64,000 nucleotides of DNA from Bacteroidales bacterium. Its GTDB lineage: Bacteria > Bacteroidota > Bacteroidia > Bacteroidales > VadinHA17. The notes below the pieces were generated by a model, which searched no databases, was not told the DNA's origin, and saw nothing but the letters and a program-made list of their open reading frames with translations. The stretch spans positions 33,371 through 97,370 of the forward strand of contig JAVEVC010000003.1 of assembly GCA_034005245.1 (NCBI GenBank), read 5' to 3'. How positions within the stretch are numbered: position 1 is the stretch's first letter; each line of letters starts with the position of its first letter. Made by a program: the position numbers and the translations under genes. Below, one piece after another: positions 18,493 to 28,733 of this stretch.

Positions 18493-19365
18493 TCAGAAAT
18501 ATTTATTTGGAGTTCCTGATATATCAGCAAGAATGTTATTTGCCAGCCTGCTTGAACCGATCCGGAAAAGAGAATTATTAAGCCATTCCTTGCCAAGGCA
18601 GTTATCTGTAATCTGGTAATAACGTATCGCCTCCTGTGAAGTTGAAATTCCTCCGGCTGCTTTAAAGCCCACTCTGATCCCGGTCTCTGCATAAAAACAC
18701 GAAATAGCCTTGCACATCACGAATGCAGCTTCGGGGGTGGCTGAAACGCCGGTTTTTCCGGTTGATGTTTTTATGAAATCAGCCCCGGCATCCATTGCTA
18801 TCATTGAAGCTTTAAAAATCTGTTCGTGACTTCCAATAATACCGGATTCAACAATGACCTTAAGAGTCTTGTTACCAACTGTTTCCCTCAGTTCTCTGAT
18901 CTCGTCTGCAACCATGGCAAAGTCATTTCCGAGGAATGCCCCCACCGGCATCACGATGTCTATTTCCTCAGCTCCTGCATCTGCAGCCATCTTGCATTCA
19001 GCCACTTTTATACTTCTGAAGGTCTGGGAACTGGGAAAACCTCCGGCTACAGAAGCTATTTTTACATTTTTGGCAGTGAGCTTTTCCTTAACAACAGGAA
19101 CAAAATTCGGATAAACGCATATCGCAGCCACATTGGGGATATTCGAAAACCTCCCGGAAAAACTGTTCACTTTACCTGTAAGGTGAATTATGTCGCTTTT
19201 ATTATCGAAAGTATTGAGACTGGTAAGGTCAATTGAATTAAGTATATTCATCAACAGCCGCTTATCAGTTACTTCTGGCGTCAGTTCCATTGACTTCCTG
19301 AGCCCTTTGTTGATTTCATTTTCTGAAGGACATAACCTGATCAGTTTTTGATATAACTTTGTCAT
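18493..19365 (-). CDS. deoC: Deoxyribose-phosphate aldolase
   Basis: GADFIKTSTGK (Schiff-base Lys region), ICVYPNFV and KAAGGI motifs; 290 aa long form. Confidence 0.8.
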   Translation of the reverse strand: MTKLYQKLIRLCPSENEINKGLRKSMELTPEVTDKRLLMNILNSIDLTSLNTFDNKSDIIHLTGKVNSFSGRFSNIPNVAAICVYPNFVPVVKEKLTAKNVKIASVAGGFPSSQTFRSIKVAECKMAADAGAEEIDIVMPVGAFLGNDFAMVADEIRELRETVGNKTLKVIVESGIIGSHEQIFKASMIAMDAGADFIKTSTGKTGVSATPEAAFVMCKAISCFYAETGIRVGFKAAGGISTSQEAIRYYQITDNCLGKEWLNNSLFRIGSSRLANNILADISGTPNKYF

Positions 19366-19532
19366 TGATAGTTCGGGGTGTTAAACTTTTAATGGTAAAT
19401 ATGAAAAACAACGGGGACAATTTAATGCTTTTTGTTTTCATTGTGATTTTATTTTCAACAATTAGTGGCATAAATGTCGATAAACATTTATCAGTAAAAG
19501 AAAATCCCTGGATAGGTTTTATTTTTACCTGA

Positions 19533-20945
19533 CTATCTGTTAATTCTGCTGGGATTGTTAGTCCCGTTCCTTGCAAGTGAAGCAAATATACCCAGTATGC
19601 ATAACACGGAAAAGATGACAAAGCCCGTGCGCATTCCATTAATAAGAGAAGAATAATTGGCTGGTCCCAGGGCTTGCTGCCCGATATAAACCGCCAGCAG
19701 CATCATGGCAATGCCCATACTGAACATCTGGCCTGCCATACGCATCGTACCCAAAACACCCGAGGCCACTCCCAGGTGCTTCTTTTCGACCGAGCTCATT
19801 ATTGCATTGGAATTAGGGGATGAGAATAGAGCAAAGCCCACTCCCATTATTACAAGAAGAATTATGATGAAATAAACCGGACTGTGCTCGGTTATGAAGC
19901 ATAATAAGATCAGCCCTGCAGCTGTCAGTCCCATTCCATATGATGCTATGGTACCGGGGTTGTGTTTGTCAGACAACCTGCCTGCCAGAGGTGACAAAAG
20001 GGCCATCATTATGGGCTGTGAGATCATTATCAATCCGGCCGACCTGGGATCAAAACCCTTGATATACTGGAGATACAGACTGATGAAGAAACCTGTGGCA
20101 GAAGTGGCGGAATAGTGTATCAAAGCAGCAACCCCTGAAAAAGTAAATACCCTGTTCTTTAACACCAGCCTGATATCAAACACGGGATTAGCGGAGATCT
20201 TTTCAAATACGATGAATATGATTCCCAGTATTATGCCGATCCCGAGAAGGATCCATCCTGCGGGTGAAGGGAGTTTTGAAAAGCCGTACATAAATGAAGC
20301 AAGAAAGACTCCGTAAATGGCTGAGCCTTTCCAGTCGAACGATTCGCCTTTTGCTTCAGACCATTCTGCCTTGACCTTTCTGGATATCAGAAAAAGGGAT
20401 ATTATGCCTAAAGGTATCAGAAACACAAATATGCTTCTCCATCCAAAATATTGTGTAAGAAATCCTCCTATAACAGGCCCTCCCGAAAGACCTGTGTAAA
20501 CTGCAGTCACATTGATACCCAGGGCCCTGCCACGTTCTCCCGGGCCGAAAACCGATGTTATGATAGCCATGCTGGTGCCAAAGACCATTGCAGCAGCAAT
20601 TCCCTGAACAGCCCGTAATATTATCAGGGAAATAATGTTCCAGGAAAGGATTATCAGAAATGTGGAAAAGGTAAATAATGCTATGCCGTAAGAGAAAATT
20701 TTCTTCCTTCCGGCAATATCAGCAAGCTTCCCGAAAGGAAGCAGGAACATTGCCGATGAAAGGATAAAACTGCTGACAATCCAGCCCAGTTCAACAGCCG
20801 TTGCGTTAAACTCTTTTCCAATCGAAGGAAGCGCAAGGTTTATGGCAGAACTGAGAAATGGAGTCAGAAAGGCTGCAAAAGCTGATACAACCAGAACGGA
20901 TCTCTTTAAAGATTTTTTGTCGTCATGGGCTTGGTTATAATGCAT
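19533..20945 (-). CDS. MFS transporter, 14-TMS DHA2 (EmrB/QacA-like) drug:H+ antiporter family
   Basis: 470 aa with about 14 hydrophobic segments. GKLADIAGRKK matches the MFS loop 2-3 motif. Confidence 0.75.
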   Translation of the reverse strand: MHYNQAHDDKKSLKRSVLVVSAFAAFLTPFLSSAINLALPSIGKEFNATAVELGWIVSSFILSSAMFLLPFGKLADIAGRKKIFSYGIALFTFSTFLIILSWNIISLIILRAVQGIAAAMVFGTSMAIITSVFGPGERGRALGINVTAVYTGLSGGPVIGGFLTQYFGWRSIFVFLIPLGIISLFLISRKVKAEWSEAKGESFDWKGSAIYGVFLASFMYGFSKLPSPAGWILLGIGIILGIIFIVFEKISANPVFDIRLVLKNRVFTFSGVAALIHYSATSATGFFISLYLQYIKGFDPRSAGLIMISQPIMMALLSPLAGRLSDKHNPGTIASYGMGLTAAGLILLCFITEHSPVYFIIILLVIMGVGFALFSSPNSNAIMSSVEKKHLGVASGVLGTMRMAGQMFSMGIAMMLLAVYIGQQALGPANYSSLINGMRTGFVIFSVLCILGIFASLARNGTNNPSRINR

Positions 20946-20952
20946 ATGATCT

Positions 20953-21405
20953 TTACTCTTTGCTTTTTGTGTCGATAATTATAGTCACCGGGCCGTCATT
21001 ATGAATTTCGACCATCATCATTGCTCCGAATTCACCGGTCCCGACCCGCTTACCCAGCAGATCTGAAAGCCTCGAGATAAATAGTTCATATAAGGGGACA
21101 GCTATATCCGGATTGGCAGCCTTTATATATGAAGGCCTGTTCCCCTTTTTTGTCTTTGCATGAAGCGTAAACTGGCTGACTACAATTATATCACCCCCGG
21201 TTTCAGATAATGATAAGTTCATTACGCCGTCGGAGTCGTTGAATATCCTCAGCCTGGCAATTTTATTACTCAGCCATTCAACATCATCCCGTGTATCAGA
21301 TTCTTCAATGCCTGCAAGAACAACAAGCCCTGGTCCGATAGCAGAAAGAGTGCCTTTATCTGATTTTACCGAAGCTTTTACGACACGCTGAATGACTGCT
21401 CTCAT
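20953..21405 (-). CDS. dtd: D-aminoacyl-tRNA deacylase
   Basis: MRAVIQRV...GPGLVVLAG...SQFTLHA...RPSY...GEFGAMM...NDGPVT are Dtd hallmarks. Start ATG 21405 (Met10 of the track ORF) is supported by a -7 box at 21430-21437. Confidence 0.85.
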   Translation of the reverse strand: MRAVIQRVVKASVKSDKGTLSAIGPGLVVLAGIEESDTRDDVEWLSNKIARLRIFNDSDGVMNLSLSETGGDIIVVSQFTLHAKTKKGNRPSYIKAANPDIAVPLYELFISRLSDLLGKRVGTGEFGAMMMVEIHNDGPVTIIIDTKSKE

Positions 21406-21429
21406 TTTTATCTGTTTATTCCGGGCGAT

Positions 21430-21437
21430 CAAATATA
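21430..21437 (-). promoter_or_regulatory. -7 promoter box (TATATTTG on the minus strand) for dtd
   Basis: Plus strand reads caaatata, the reverse complement of TAnnTTTG, 25 nt upstream of ATG 21405. Confidence 0.45.
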
Positions 21438-21472
21438 CAATCTATTTTAAAAGGCCTGAATAGATTTTTATG

Positions 21473-21480
21473 TAAGTTTG
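21473..21480 (+). promoter_or_regulatory. -7 promoter box (TAAGTTTG) for mntP
   Basis: Exact TAnnTTTG, 18 nt upstream of ATG 21499. Confidence 0.45.
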
Positions 21481-21498
21481 AAGCTCGTTAAATAGCAT

Positions 21499-22056
21499 AT
21501 GGACTTTTTCACTATCGTTGCAGTAGCAGTCGGATTATCTTTTGACACTTTTGCAGTTTCCCTTTCCTTTGGGGCTATTCAGAACAGGATTCTTTTCAGG
21601 CAGGCTTTAATAATAGCATTTGTTCTTGCATTCTTTCAGGCAGGTTTGCTGGTGGCCGGTTATTTTCTGGGATCATTCATAAGTGAAGCCATAAAAGCGG
21701 CTGATCACTGGGTTGCCCTTACCCTGCTTTCATTGCTTGGGATCAGGATGATAATGGAGGGGCTTAAGAATGATAAGGGAGAAAAGATAATCGATTACAC
21801 CAGACCGGGTGTTCTGCTTGCAGCCGGAATAGGTACAAGTATTGATGCTTTTGCGGTCGGAGTAAGTTTTGCCCTCTTAAATGGAAGGATCTGGCTTCCG
21901 GGTATTATAATCGGCGCTGTGACATTTCTTTCATCGATGACTGCCATAAGGATTGGCAAGTCAGCAGGTAAAAAACTGGGCAACAACATTGAGATAATAG
22001 GAGGAATAGTGCTCATTGCAATAGGTATTAAAATATTCGTTGAACACACCATGTAA
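21499..22056 (+). CDS. mntP: Manganese efflux pump MntP
   Basis: 185 aa, six helices, with a duplicated DxFAV motif (SFDTFAVS and SIDAFAVG). Confidence 0.8.
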   Translation: MDFFTIVAVAVGLSFDTFAVSLSFGAIQNRILFRQALIIAFVLAFFQAGLLVAGYFLGSFISEAIKAADHWVALTLLSLLGIRMIMEGLKNDKGEKIIDYTRPGVLLAAGIGTSIDAFAVGVSFALLNGRIWLPGIIIGAVTFLSSMTAIRIGKSAGKKLGNNIEIIGGIVLIAIGIKIFVEHTM

Positions 22057-22058
22057 CT

Positions 22059-22853
22059 TCAAAGTGGGATCATCTCCCTTTTCCTTTTATTGAACACTGC
22101 CAGCTCGGTAAATCCGGCAGAGCGCAAAAGTTCATAGGCTTCATCGAAATACTGGCCGACCCGCGAAGGCATATGAGCGTCTGAATTAACGCATACCGCT
22201 ACTTTCTCTTCCGAGAAGACATGAAGAAAGCGCCGGTCGGGATAAAAATCGGCCACGGGCCTGTTTCTGCCGTTTGTATTCAGTTCAAACACTACATCAT
22301 ACTTCCTGAATGTCCTGCCAAGATTCCGGTAAAGAGGCTCAGGATCATAAGAAGGCTTATGCCCATAGATCCTTACAAGATCGCAATGACCGATAATGTC
22401 AAAAATGCCCGAGGAAGCTGCATCCATAACATATTCAAAATATTCCTCATACAGTTCGTCAATATCTTTCCCCTCATAGAATTCAGGACCATTATCAACA
22501 GTTGCATCCCCCATAAAATGCACGGAACCTATTCGGTAGTCAAGCTCAAGCCTGTCAAGAAATTCCATGGTTTCTTTTTCTTTACCCCTGAAATAATCAA
22601 CCTCCAGTCCTTTCCTTACCACAATGCCATTGGCTTTTTCAGCAAGGCTGACGATATGTTCCAGGTACTTTGGAACATTTCCCGGATCAAGGCACCATGA
22701 CTGGTCTTCCTTAAAAAGCGCCAGATGTTCAGAAAATCCCAATTCGCTCAATCCTGCCTTTATGGCCGGTATTATATATTCCTCAGGTGATGCCTTTCCA
22801 TCACTGTACAGGGTATGTATATGATAATCAGTCGAATATCTTCTATGCTTCAT
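22059..22853 (-). CDS. PHP-family histidinol-phosphatase-like hydrolase
   Basis: DYHIHTLYSDG, GFSEH, GSVH, GHCD and NSDAH are the PHP-domain metal ligand motifs. Confidence 0.75.
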   Translation of the reverse strand: MKHRRYSTDYHIHTLYSDGKASPEEYIIPAIKAGLSELGFSEHLALFKEDQSWCLDPGNVPKYLEHIVSLAEKANGIVVRKGLEVDYFRGKEKETMEFLDRLELDYRIGSVHFMGDATVDNGPEFYEGKDIDELYEEYFEYVMDAASSGIFDIIGHCDLVRIYGHKPSYDPEPLYRNLGRTFRKYDVVFELNTNGRNRPVADFYPDRRFLHVFSEEKVAVCVNSDAHMPSRVGQYFDEAYELLRSAGFTELAVFNKRKREMIPL

Positions 22854-22880
22854 TTGGTGCCCATATCAGTTAAAAAACTC

Positions 22881-24218
22881 ATGCTGGAAAATGATCTCAA
22901 ATATATAATAACTAAATTTACGGAAAGCTATTACCAGAACATAAATATAAATACCAATTCCGGGCAGATATTGGAAAACAAAAAAAAATTAATTCCATGG
23001 ATTATAGTTTCCATGGCTTTTATTGCAACGGCGCTCAGCTTTCTTGACAGACAGGTACTTTCTGTTTCAATAATAAAGATCAAGGAGGATTTTCCCGTCT
23101 CAGATGTTGAATATGGATTTATCAACACCGGGTTCCTTATAAGCTATGCCATAATGTTTTCGCTTGGAGGGATACTTATAGACCGTTTTGGCAGTCGGCC
23201 CGGGTTGGCATTTTCAGTTGGGATCTGGTCACTTGGGACTATCCTTCACAGTTTGGCAAACAATGTTTTACATCTTGGTATTTTCCGGTTTATATTAGGT
23301 GCAGGTGAGGGTGGAGCTTTTCCGGGAGCAATCAGGGCTGTTATAGAATGGGTCCCTAAAAACAAACAATCACTTGCAAATGGTATTGCAATAGGGGGTT
23401 CAGCTCTTGGAGCAGTAATCGCCCCTCCTCTTTGTGTTTACCTGATTGGCATCACTGGCTGGAGAGGTGTATTTTTAGTAACTGGAATAATAGGATTTGT
23501 CTGGGTTGCTGTCTGGCTCCTTGTTACCCGCCGGAAATTTTCCGGCTCAAGGGAAAAATCGCCTGAAAGAACTGATGCAAACGGGAATATTAAGAAGATT
23601 CCAATTACAGGCCTTCTGAAAATCAGGGAAGCATGGGTTTTTATTATTATCAGGTTCCTTCTTGACCCTATATTTTATTTCTATATGTTCTGGATCCCGA
23701 AATACCTGAATGAATCACGGGGAGTGACCCTTGACAGGATAGGCAGGCTGTTCTGGATACCATTTCTTGCTCTTGGCATTGCTAATATGGCGGGAGGATG
23801 GATATCGGACATGATATTCAGAAAAACATCGGTTTTGAACATTTCGAGAAAATCTGTAATGGGTTTTGCTGCAGCATTGACCTTGTCGGCTGTTACTATC
23901 AAGTATATAAACTCTCCAGGTCTGATAATTGCCATAATGTGCCTTATGTTTTTTGCACACGGATTATGGATTACCAATTATATAACATCAATAGGTGATA
24001 TTTTCGGTCGATATGCAACTTCGACGATAATAGGTTTTTCAGGATCAGCCGGAGCAGTATCGGCACTGGTCATTAATCCAGTTATGGGATTGATAATTTC
24101 AAGATATTCCTATGATCCGCTTTGGTTCTATTGCGGAGTAATGTATCCGGTTGCCTTTCTAATTTTCGTGTTTTTTATTCCAAGGATTAAGCTTCTTAAA
24201 ATATTCGAGGTCGATTAA
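22881..24218 (+). CDS. MFS transporter (ACS/hexuronate-like sugar acid family)
   Basis: LSFLDRQVLSVSI and GGILIDRFGSRPG motifs, 12 helices. The track start at 22815 would overlap the divergent PHP gene, so ATG 22881 is preferred. The start remains uncertain. Confidence 0.7.
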   Translation: MLENDLKYIITKFTESYYQNININTNSGQILENKKKLIPWIIVSMAFIATALSFLDRQVLSVSIIKIKEDFPVSDVEYGFINTGFLISYAIMFSLGGILIDRFGSRPGLAFSVGIWSLGTILHSLANNVLHLGIFRFILGAGEGGAFPGAIRAVIEWVPKNKQSLANGIAIGGSALGAVIAPPLCVYLIGITGWRGVFLVTGIIGFVWVAVWLLVTRRKFSGSREKSPERTDANGNIKKIPITGLLKIREAWVFIIIRFLLDPIFYFYMFWIPKYLNESRGVTLDRIGRLFWIPFLALGIANMAGGWISDMIFRKTSVLNISRKSVMGFAAALTLSAVTIKYINSPGLIIAIMCLMFFAHGLWITNYITSIGDIFGRYATSTIIGFSGSAGAVSALVINPVMGLIISRYSYDPLWFYCGVMYPVAFLIFVFFIPRIKLLKIFEVD

Positions 24219-24263
24219 CTATTAAATATTCCTGTCACAAAATTTCTTAGAGATATAATTAAA

Positions 24264-25715
24264 ATGACTGATGAATTGAGAAAGAACAAACATCGTATCG
24301 GCGTTTTTGGCGTAGGCTACGACAAATACTGGGATCAGTTCCCCGGATTATATGATGAACTGAAGGCCAAGCATCATGCATTCATAAAAAAAATTCCCGA
24401 CAAGGAAGCTGAAATAATGGATTTCGGCATCAGCGATACACCGGTGAAGGCTTATGAAATTGCAAGAAAGCTGGAATCGGCATGCCCCGATATTGTCTTT
24501 TGCACAATGCTGACCTATGCCACTTCGGGAACTATTGGCATTATTATCAAAACACTCATGGTACCTTTGGTACTGGTAGCCCTTCAGCCGCTGAAGGCTC
24601 TGGATTATTCAAAGGCCTCGACATATATGCAGCTTGCAAATGATGACATTTGTGCCTTACCTGAATTTGCAGGTGTTGCTTTAAGAATGGGTAAGAAGGT
24701 GCCTGACATTATTATCGGGACTCTCCATGATGATCCGGAAGCTGACCGGGAGATTGATGAATACTGTCATATTGCCAGGGTTTTGCACAGCCTTAAGACC
24801 GCACATCTCGGCCATATAGGGCATCCAATCAATGTAATGCTCGATATGCACACTGATATAACAATGATAACTTCTGCCTTTGGCTGTCACGTTTCAGAAC
24901 TTGAAGCACATGAACTGACAGATTTTTACAGGAAGGCAGGAGAAAAAGAGACAGCCTCAGCCAGGGATCTTATTCTTGGATTTTTCGATACGCCTGATCC
25001 GGTTTCCGATCCGGTAGCAATTAAGCTCCGGGACAGCGACCTATTGACAGCAGCCAGGGTATATGCTGCATTGGATCATTTTGTCAGGGAAAAAAAACTG
25101 GACGGTCTGGCCTATTATTATGACGGTCCTTCTGAAAGTGATGAAAGAATTGTGATGTCGAACCTTATTGTCGGTAATTCCATTCTTGCATCGAGAGGAT
25201 TTCCGATGTGCGGTGAATCGGACCTGAAAACCCTGATAGCCCTTATGATAATGGACCGACTAGGTATCGGGGGCAGTTTCGCTGAACTTCATCCGGTTGA
25301 TTTTAACGAAGGATTTGTACTGGTAGGCCATGACGGACCTCACAACATCTCAATAGCCTCAGGGAAACCGGTTCTGAGAAGCCTGAAGAAATATCATGGC
25401 AAACCGGGATCCGGAGCAGGAGTTGAGTTCAAAATTAAAGTGGGCCCAGTAACACTCCTTTCCATAAACTCAACTTACAAAGGAGGATTTAAGTTCATTA
25501 TAGCAGAAGGAGAATCAATGGAAGGGCCTATACCTCCTACAGGAAACACTAATACCAGAGGGTTTTTTAAGCCCGATGTAAAAACTTTCCTTCACCGGTG
25601 GATAAAAGAAGGCCCCACTCACCATTTTGCACTGGGTGTTGGTCATCACGCACGGGAGCTGAAAAAGATAGCAGATTATCTTGACATTGAATCAGTAATT
25701 ATTCCAAAAGACTGA
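24264..25715 (+). CDS. L-arabinose/L-fucose isomerase family protein
   Basis: 483 aa. The overall pattern (RIGVFGVGYDKYW..., CGESDLKT, VGHDGPHN) resembles the sugar isomerase superfamily. Family call is by eye only. Confidence 0.5.
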   Translation: MTDELRKNKHRIGVFGVGYDKYWDQFPGLYDELKAKHHAFIKKIPDKEAEIMDFGISDTPVKAYEIARKLESACPDIVFCTMLTYATSGTIGIIIKTLMVPLVLVALQPLKALDYSKASTYMQLANDDICALPEFAGVALRMGKKVPDIIIGTLHDDPEADREIDEYCHIARVLHSLKTAHLGHIGHPINVMLDMHTDITMITSAFGCHVSELEAHELTDFYRKAGEKETASARDLILGFFDTPDPVSDPVAIKLRDSDLLTAARVYAALDHFVREKKLDGLAYYYDGPSESDERIVMSNLIVGNSILASRGFPMCGESDLKTLIALMIMDRLGIGGSFAELHPVDFNEGFVLVGHDGPHNISIASGKPVLRSLKKYHGKPGSGAGVEFKIKVGPVTLLSINSTYKGGFKFIIAEGESMEGPIPPTGNTNTRGFFKPDVKTFLHRWIKEGPTHHFALGVGHHARELKKIADYLDIESVIIPKD

Positions 25716-25755
25716 AAAGAACCCTCCTTTAAGAAAGCTTTATGCCGATGTTTGT

Positions 25756-28698
25756 ATGAAAAAGAATATTCCTTGCAAAGCGATGAATCCTTTCCTGATG
25801 GCAATCATGATATCATTCGTTATGATATCACAGGGTAATGCACAGGATCTGAAAGGTGATTATTACACTGTACTCAGCGGGAATTTTAAGGATCCTCCTG
25901 CACAGGCCCGTCCAAAAGTATATTGGTGGTGGCTGAATGGCTGGACTGATACCTCAAGAATGATTTCCGAAATACATGAAATGAAGAAGAATGGCATATC
26001 AGGCTTTGACATTTTTGAGATAGGCGTACCCGCAAGGGATACAACGATAAAAGCCGGGCCTCCCTTTCTGAGCCCTGAATCAGTCCGTACAATAAAACTC
26101 GCTGTTGAAGAAGCCGGCAGGCTGGACATGCAGGCAGGATTAAACATGGCAAGCAGCTGGAATGCAGGAGGAAGCTGGATAAAATCCCGTCATGCTGCGA
26201 AGTCAATATACTCCTCCAGGGTGTACCTGAATGAAACTTCCTCAAAAACTACTGTTATACCAATGCCTGATCTAATTGATACCTCGTATGTTGAAGAGAT
26301 TGCAGTTATTGCTGTTCCTGCTGATAATATTTGCGGGGGAATTGATACTTCGGAGGTTGTTAATGTCACTGAAAAATTCAATCCTGAAACAGGTCTTCTT
26401 GAATGGGTACCCGGGAAAGGTAATTGGGTCGTTTACAGATTTGTGTGCAGCCCGTCGGGAGAACAATTGAAGCTTCCAAGCAAATACTCCGCAGGTCCCA
26501 TTATCGATCATTTTGATTCCACGGCGACCGAATACCACTTTATGCATGTAATTAATACGCTGAAACCTGTAACAGGAGACTTTCGCAAGTCGGCACTGCA
26601 TAGCCTTTACCTTGCGAGTTACGAAGCAACCGGTTTTGTCTGGACGCCCTCAATGCCCGGGGAATTCAGGAGGCTCAACGGATATGAAATATTTAAAATG
26701 CTTCCCTGTCTTTTTGACCGTGAATTGTTCATTCCGGAAATAACTGACGGATTTCAGAATGATTTCCGGAGAACGCTTTCAGAACTTATGATCAGGAATT
26801 TTTATGGCAAGGCTAAAGAAATAGCAAACAAGCATGGACTTAAAATTAATTCAGAAGCCGGGGGTCCGGGTCTGCCTTTACATAATGTACCGGTAGAACC
26901 CCTTAGAGCATTGGGAGCGCTTGACCTGCCGCGCGGAGAATTCTGGATAAACCACTCAAGGTATAATGAAAAGGGAATCGACATTCTCAGGGTGGTCAAA
27001 GAAGTTTCTGCAGCATCCCATATTTACAACAGGGGAATAGTTGAGGAGGAATCATTTACAAGCTTCCAGCATTGGCAGGAAGGCCCTTTCGACATGAAAC
27101 CTTTCGGCGACAGAGCATTCTGTGAAGGCCTTAGCAGGGTAGTTATACACGGATTCAGCCATAATCCTGAAGGTACCGGATATCCAGGAATAGTATACCA
27201 TGCCGGGACACATTTTAATGACAAAAGAGTCTGGTGGCCGAAAGCAAAGCCCTTTGTTGATTACCTGGCCAGGATCTCATACATCATGCAGGAAACCGGT
27301 TTTTTTGCAGATGTATTGTATTATTACGGCGATGAGATCCCTAATTATGCAGGCCACAAAAACAGTCGTTTTACTGCAGGCCCCGGGTATGATTATGAGG
27401 TCATCAATACTGAAATACTTCAAAAGCTCACAGTTCGGAATAAAAAGCTGATTACTCCCGGAGGCTCTCATTTTAGCCTGCTTGCAATGGAAAAATGCCG
27501 CAAAATGACTCCGTCAATACTCCGGAAAATCAATGAACTTGTCAGCCAGGGAGCAATAATAATCTCCCCGGAGCCAGATTCTGTTTATATCCCGGCCGGA
27601 GTATCGGAAGATGCCAATGAATTGCACAGAATGGCTGATGCACTTTGGAAGGATAGCAGAGATCCGGCAAGGGACCTGAAAGAAGGAAAGGTAATTTCCG
27701 GGTCTCCTGTGCAGCAAATACTTAATCTTTTGAAACTACCTCCCGATTTTGATTATACAGACAAGGAATACGGAACGCTTGATTATATCCATTCAGAACA
27801 AACAGGCATTGATTTTTACTTCATCCGCAATACCACTGAGCGGTGGGTAACAAGGACAATCTCCTTCAGGCAGCCCGGCAAATCGCCTGAATTCTGGGAC
27901 CCTGTTACAGGCAAGATAAGTACAGTGTCTGTATTTAACTCCGGAGACAGCAAAATCAGCATGCCTGTGACACTCGCACCTTACGAATCGCTGTTTGTCG
28001 TTTTCAGGGAAACAGTCCCCGTGGAACATTTTACCAGCATTTCTGGCAGCAACAGGCATCCTCCTCTTATGCACTTTACCAGTTCAGGATTATGTATTCT
28101 TGAAAACGGAACATTTCAGCTGGAATATAATGATCGTAAGGAGGTAATAGAAAACAATATTCACGTACAGGTCCTGGACGGTGCATGGTCAGTTTCATTT
28201 CAGGAAGGCAGAGGAGCACCAGGGCAGAAGATACTCCCTAAACTTATCTCCTGGACGGAATCTGAAGACAATGGCATTCGTTATTTTTCGGGGACTGCAA
28301 CTTACCGGAAAACCTTTCGTTACGACCCGTGGCTGACGCCGGCAGCTGGATTGAAGATCTTCCTTGACCCCGGCCGTCTGTCAAAGGTTGGAGAAATAAG
28401 ACTTAACGGAAAGTTGCTGGGAATTACCTGGTGTGAACCGCGTCTTTTTGAGATCACGGATGTAATTGTTCCCGGAGAAAACCAGCTGGAAATAGAAATA
28501 TCAAACACATGGTCAAACCGTCTAACCGGAGATGCCCTCACGGGAGAGAATTATACCAGGACAAATATCAGCGCCACCAACATCTGCGGAATGAATAATA
28601 CCCAGGTACCCTGGAAGGAGGTACCGCTTCTGGAATCGGGATTACTTGGCCCCGTTAACATTTTAAGAGCAAAGCATATCAACAGGCCTCTGGAATAA
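25756..28698 (+). CDS. Secreted glycoside hydrolase, GH106-like (alpha-L-rhamnosidase-like), with a C-terminal galactose-binding-like domain
   Basis: 980 aa with a signal peptide ending GNAQ. PPAQARPKVYWWWLNG followed by GISGFDIFE resembles the N-terminus of GH106-type enzymes. FSGTATYRKTF resembles a GH2-type sugar-binding module. The family assignment is tentative. Confidence 0.5.
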   Translation: MKKNIPCKAMNPFLMAIMISFVMISQGNAQDLKGDYYTVLSGNFKDPPAQARPKVYWWWLNGWTDTSRMISEIHEMKKNGISGFDIFEIGVPARDTTIKAGPPFLSPESVRTIKLAVEEAGRLDMQAGLNMASSWNAGGSWIKSRHAAKSIYSSRVYLNETSSKTTVIPMPDLIDTSYVEEIAVIAVPADNICGGIDTSEVVNVTEKFNPETGLLEWVPGKGNWVVYRFVCSPSGEQLKLPSKYSAGPIIDHFDSTATEYHFMHVINTLKPVTGDFRKSALHSLYLASYEATGFVWTPSMPGEFRRLNGYEIFKMLPCLFDRELFIPEITDGFQNDFRRTLSELMIRNFYGKAKEIANKHGLKINSEAGGPGLPLHNVPVEPLRALGALDLPRGEFWINHSRYNEKGIDILRVVKEVSAASHIYNRGIVEEESFTSFQHWQEGPFDMKPFGDRAFCEGLSRVVIHGFSHNPEGTGYPGIVYHAGTHFNDKRVWWPKAKPFVDYLARISYIMQETGFFADVLYYYGDEIPNYAGHKNSRFTAGPGYDYEVINTEILQKLTVRNKKLITPGGSHFSLLAMEKCRKMTPSILRKINELVSQGAIIISPEPDSVYIPAGVSEDANELHRMADALWKDSRDPARDLKEGKVISGSPVQQILNLLKLPPDFDYTDKEYGTLDYIHSEQTGIDFYFIRNTTERWVTRTISFRQPGKSPEFWDPVTGKISTVSVFNSGDSKISMPVTLAPYESLFVVFRETVPVEHFTSISGSNRHPPLMHFTSSGLCILENGTFQLEYNDRKEVIENNIHVQVLDGAWSVSFQEGRGAPGQKILPKLISWTESEDNGIRYFSGTATYRKTFRYDPWLTPAAGLKIFLDPGRLSKVGEIRLNGKLLGITWCEPRLFEITDVIVPGENQLEIEISNTWSNRLTGDALTGENYTRTNISATNICGMNNTQVPWKEVPLLESGLLGPVNILRAKHINRPLE

Positions 28699-28711
28699 AG
28701 ATAAGAATTAT

Positions 28712-28719
28712 TAAATTTG
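28712..28719 (+). promoter_or_regulatory. -7 promoter box (TAAATTTG) for the Crp/Fnr gene
   Basis: Exact TAnnTTTG, 14 nt upstream of GTG 28734. Confidence 0.4.
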
Positions 28720-28733
28720 TAAAAATCGTTCCT

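Noticed and set aside
19470-19491. AT-rich inverted repeat ATAAATGT-N6-ACATTTAT between the DHA2 transporter gene and deoC
   Set aside because: It is only 8 bp and almost pure A/T. That is weak as a terminator and could arise by chance in AT-rich spacer, and I see no supporting context.
21433-21498. Possible Mn-sensing yybP-ykoY riboswitch upstream of mntP
   Set aside because: The whole intergenic region is 66 nt and holds two divergent -7 boxes. Only about 18 nt separate the mntP box from the ATG, which is too short for a riboswitch.
22221-22700. 159-aa plus-strand ORF inside the PHP phosphatase gene
   Set aside because: It is antisense to a frame with all PHP metal-binding motifs, and its own sequence has no recognisable features.
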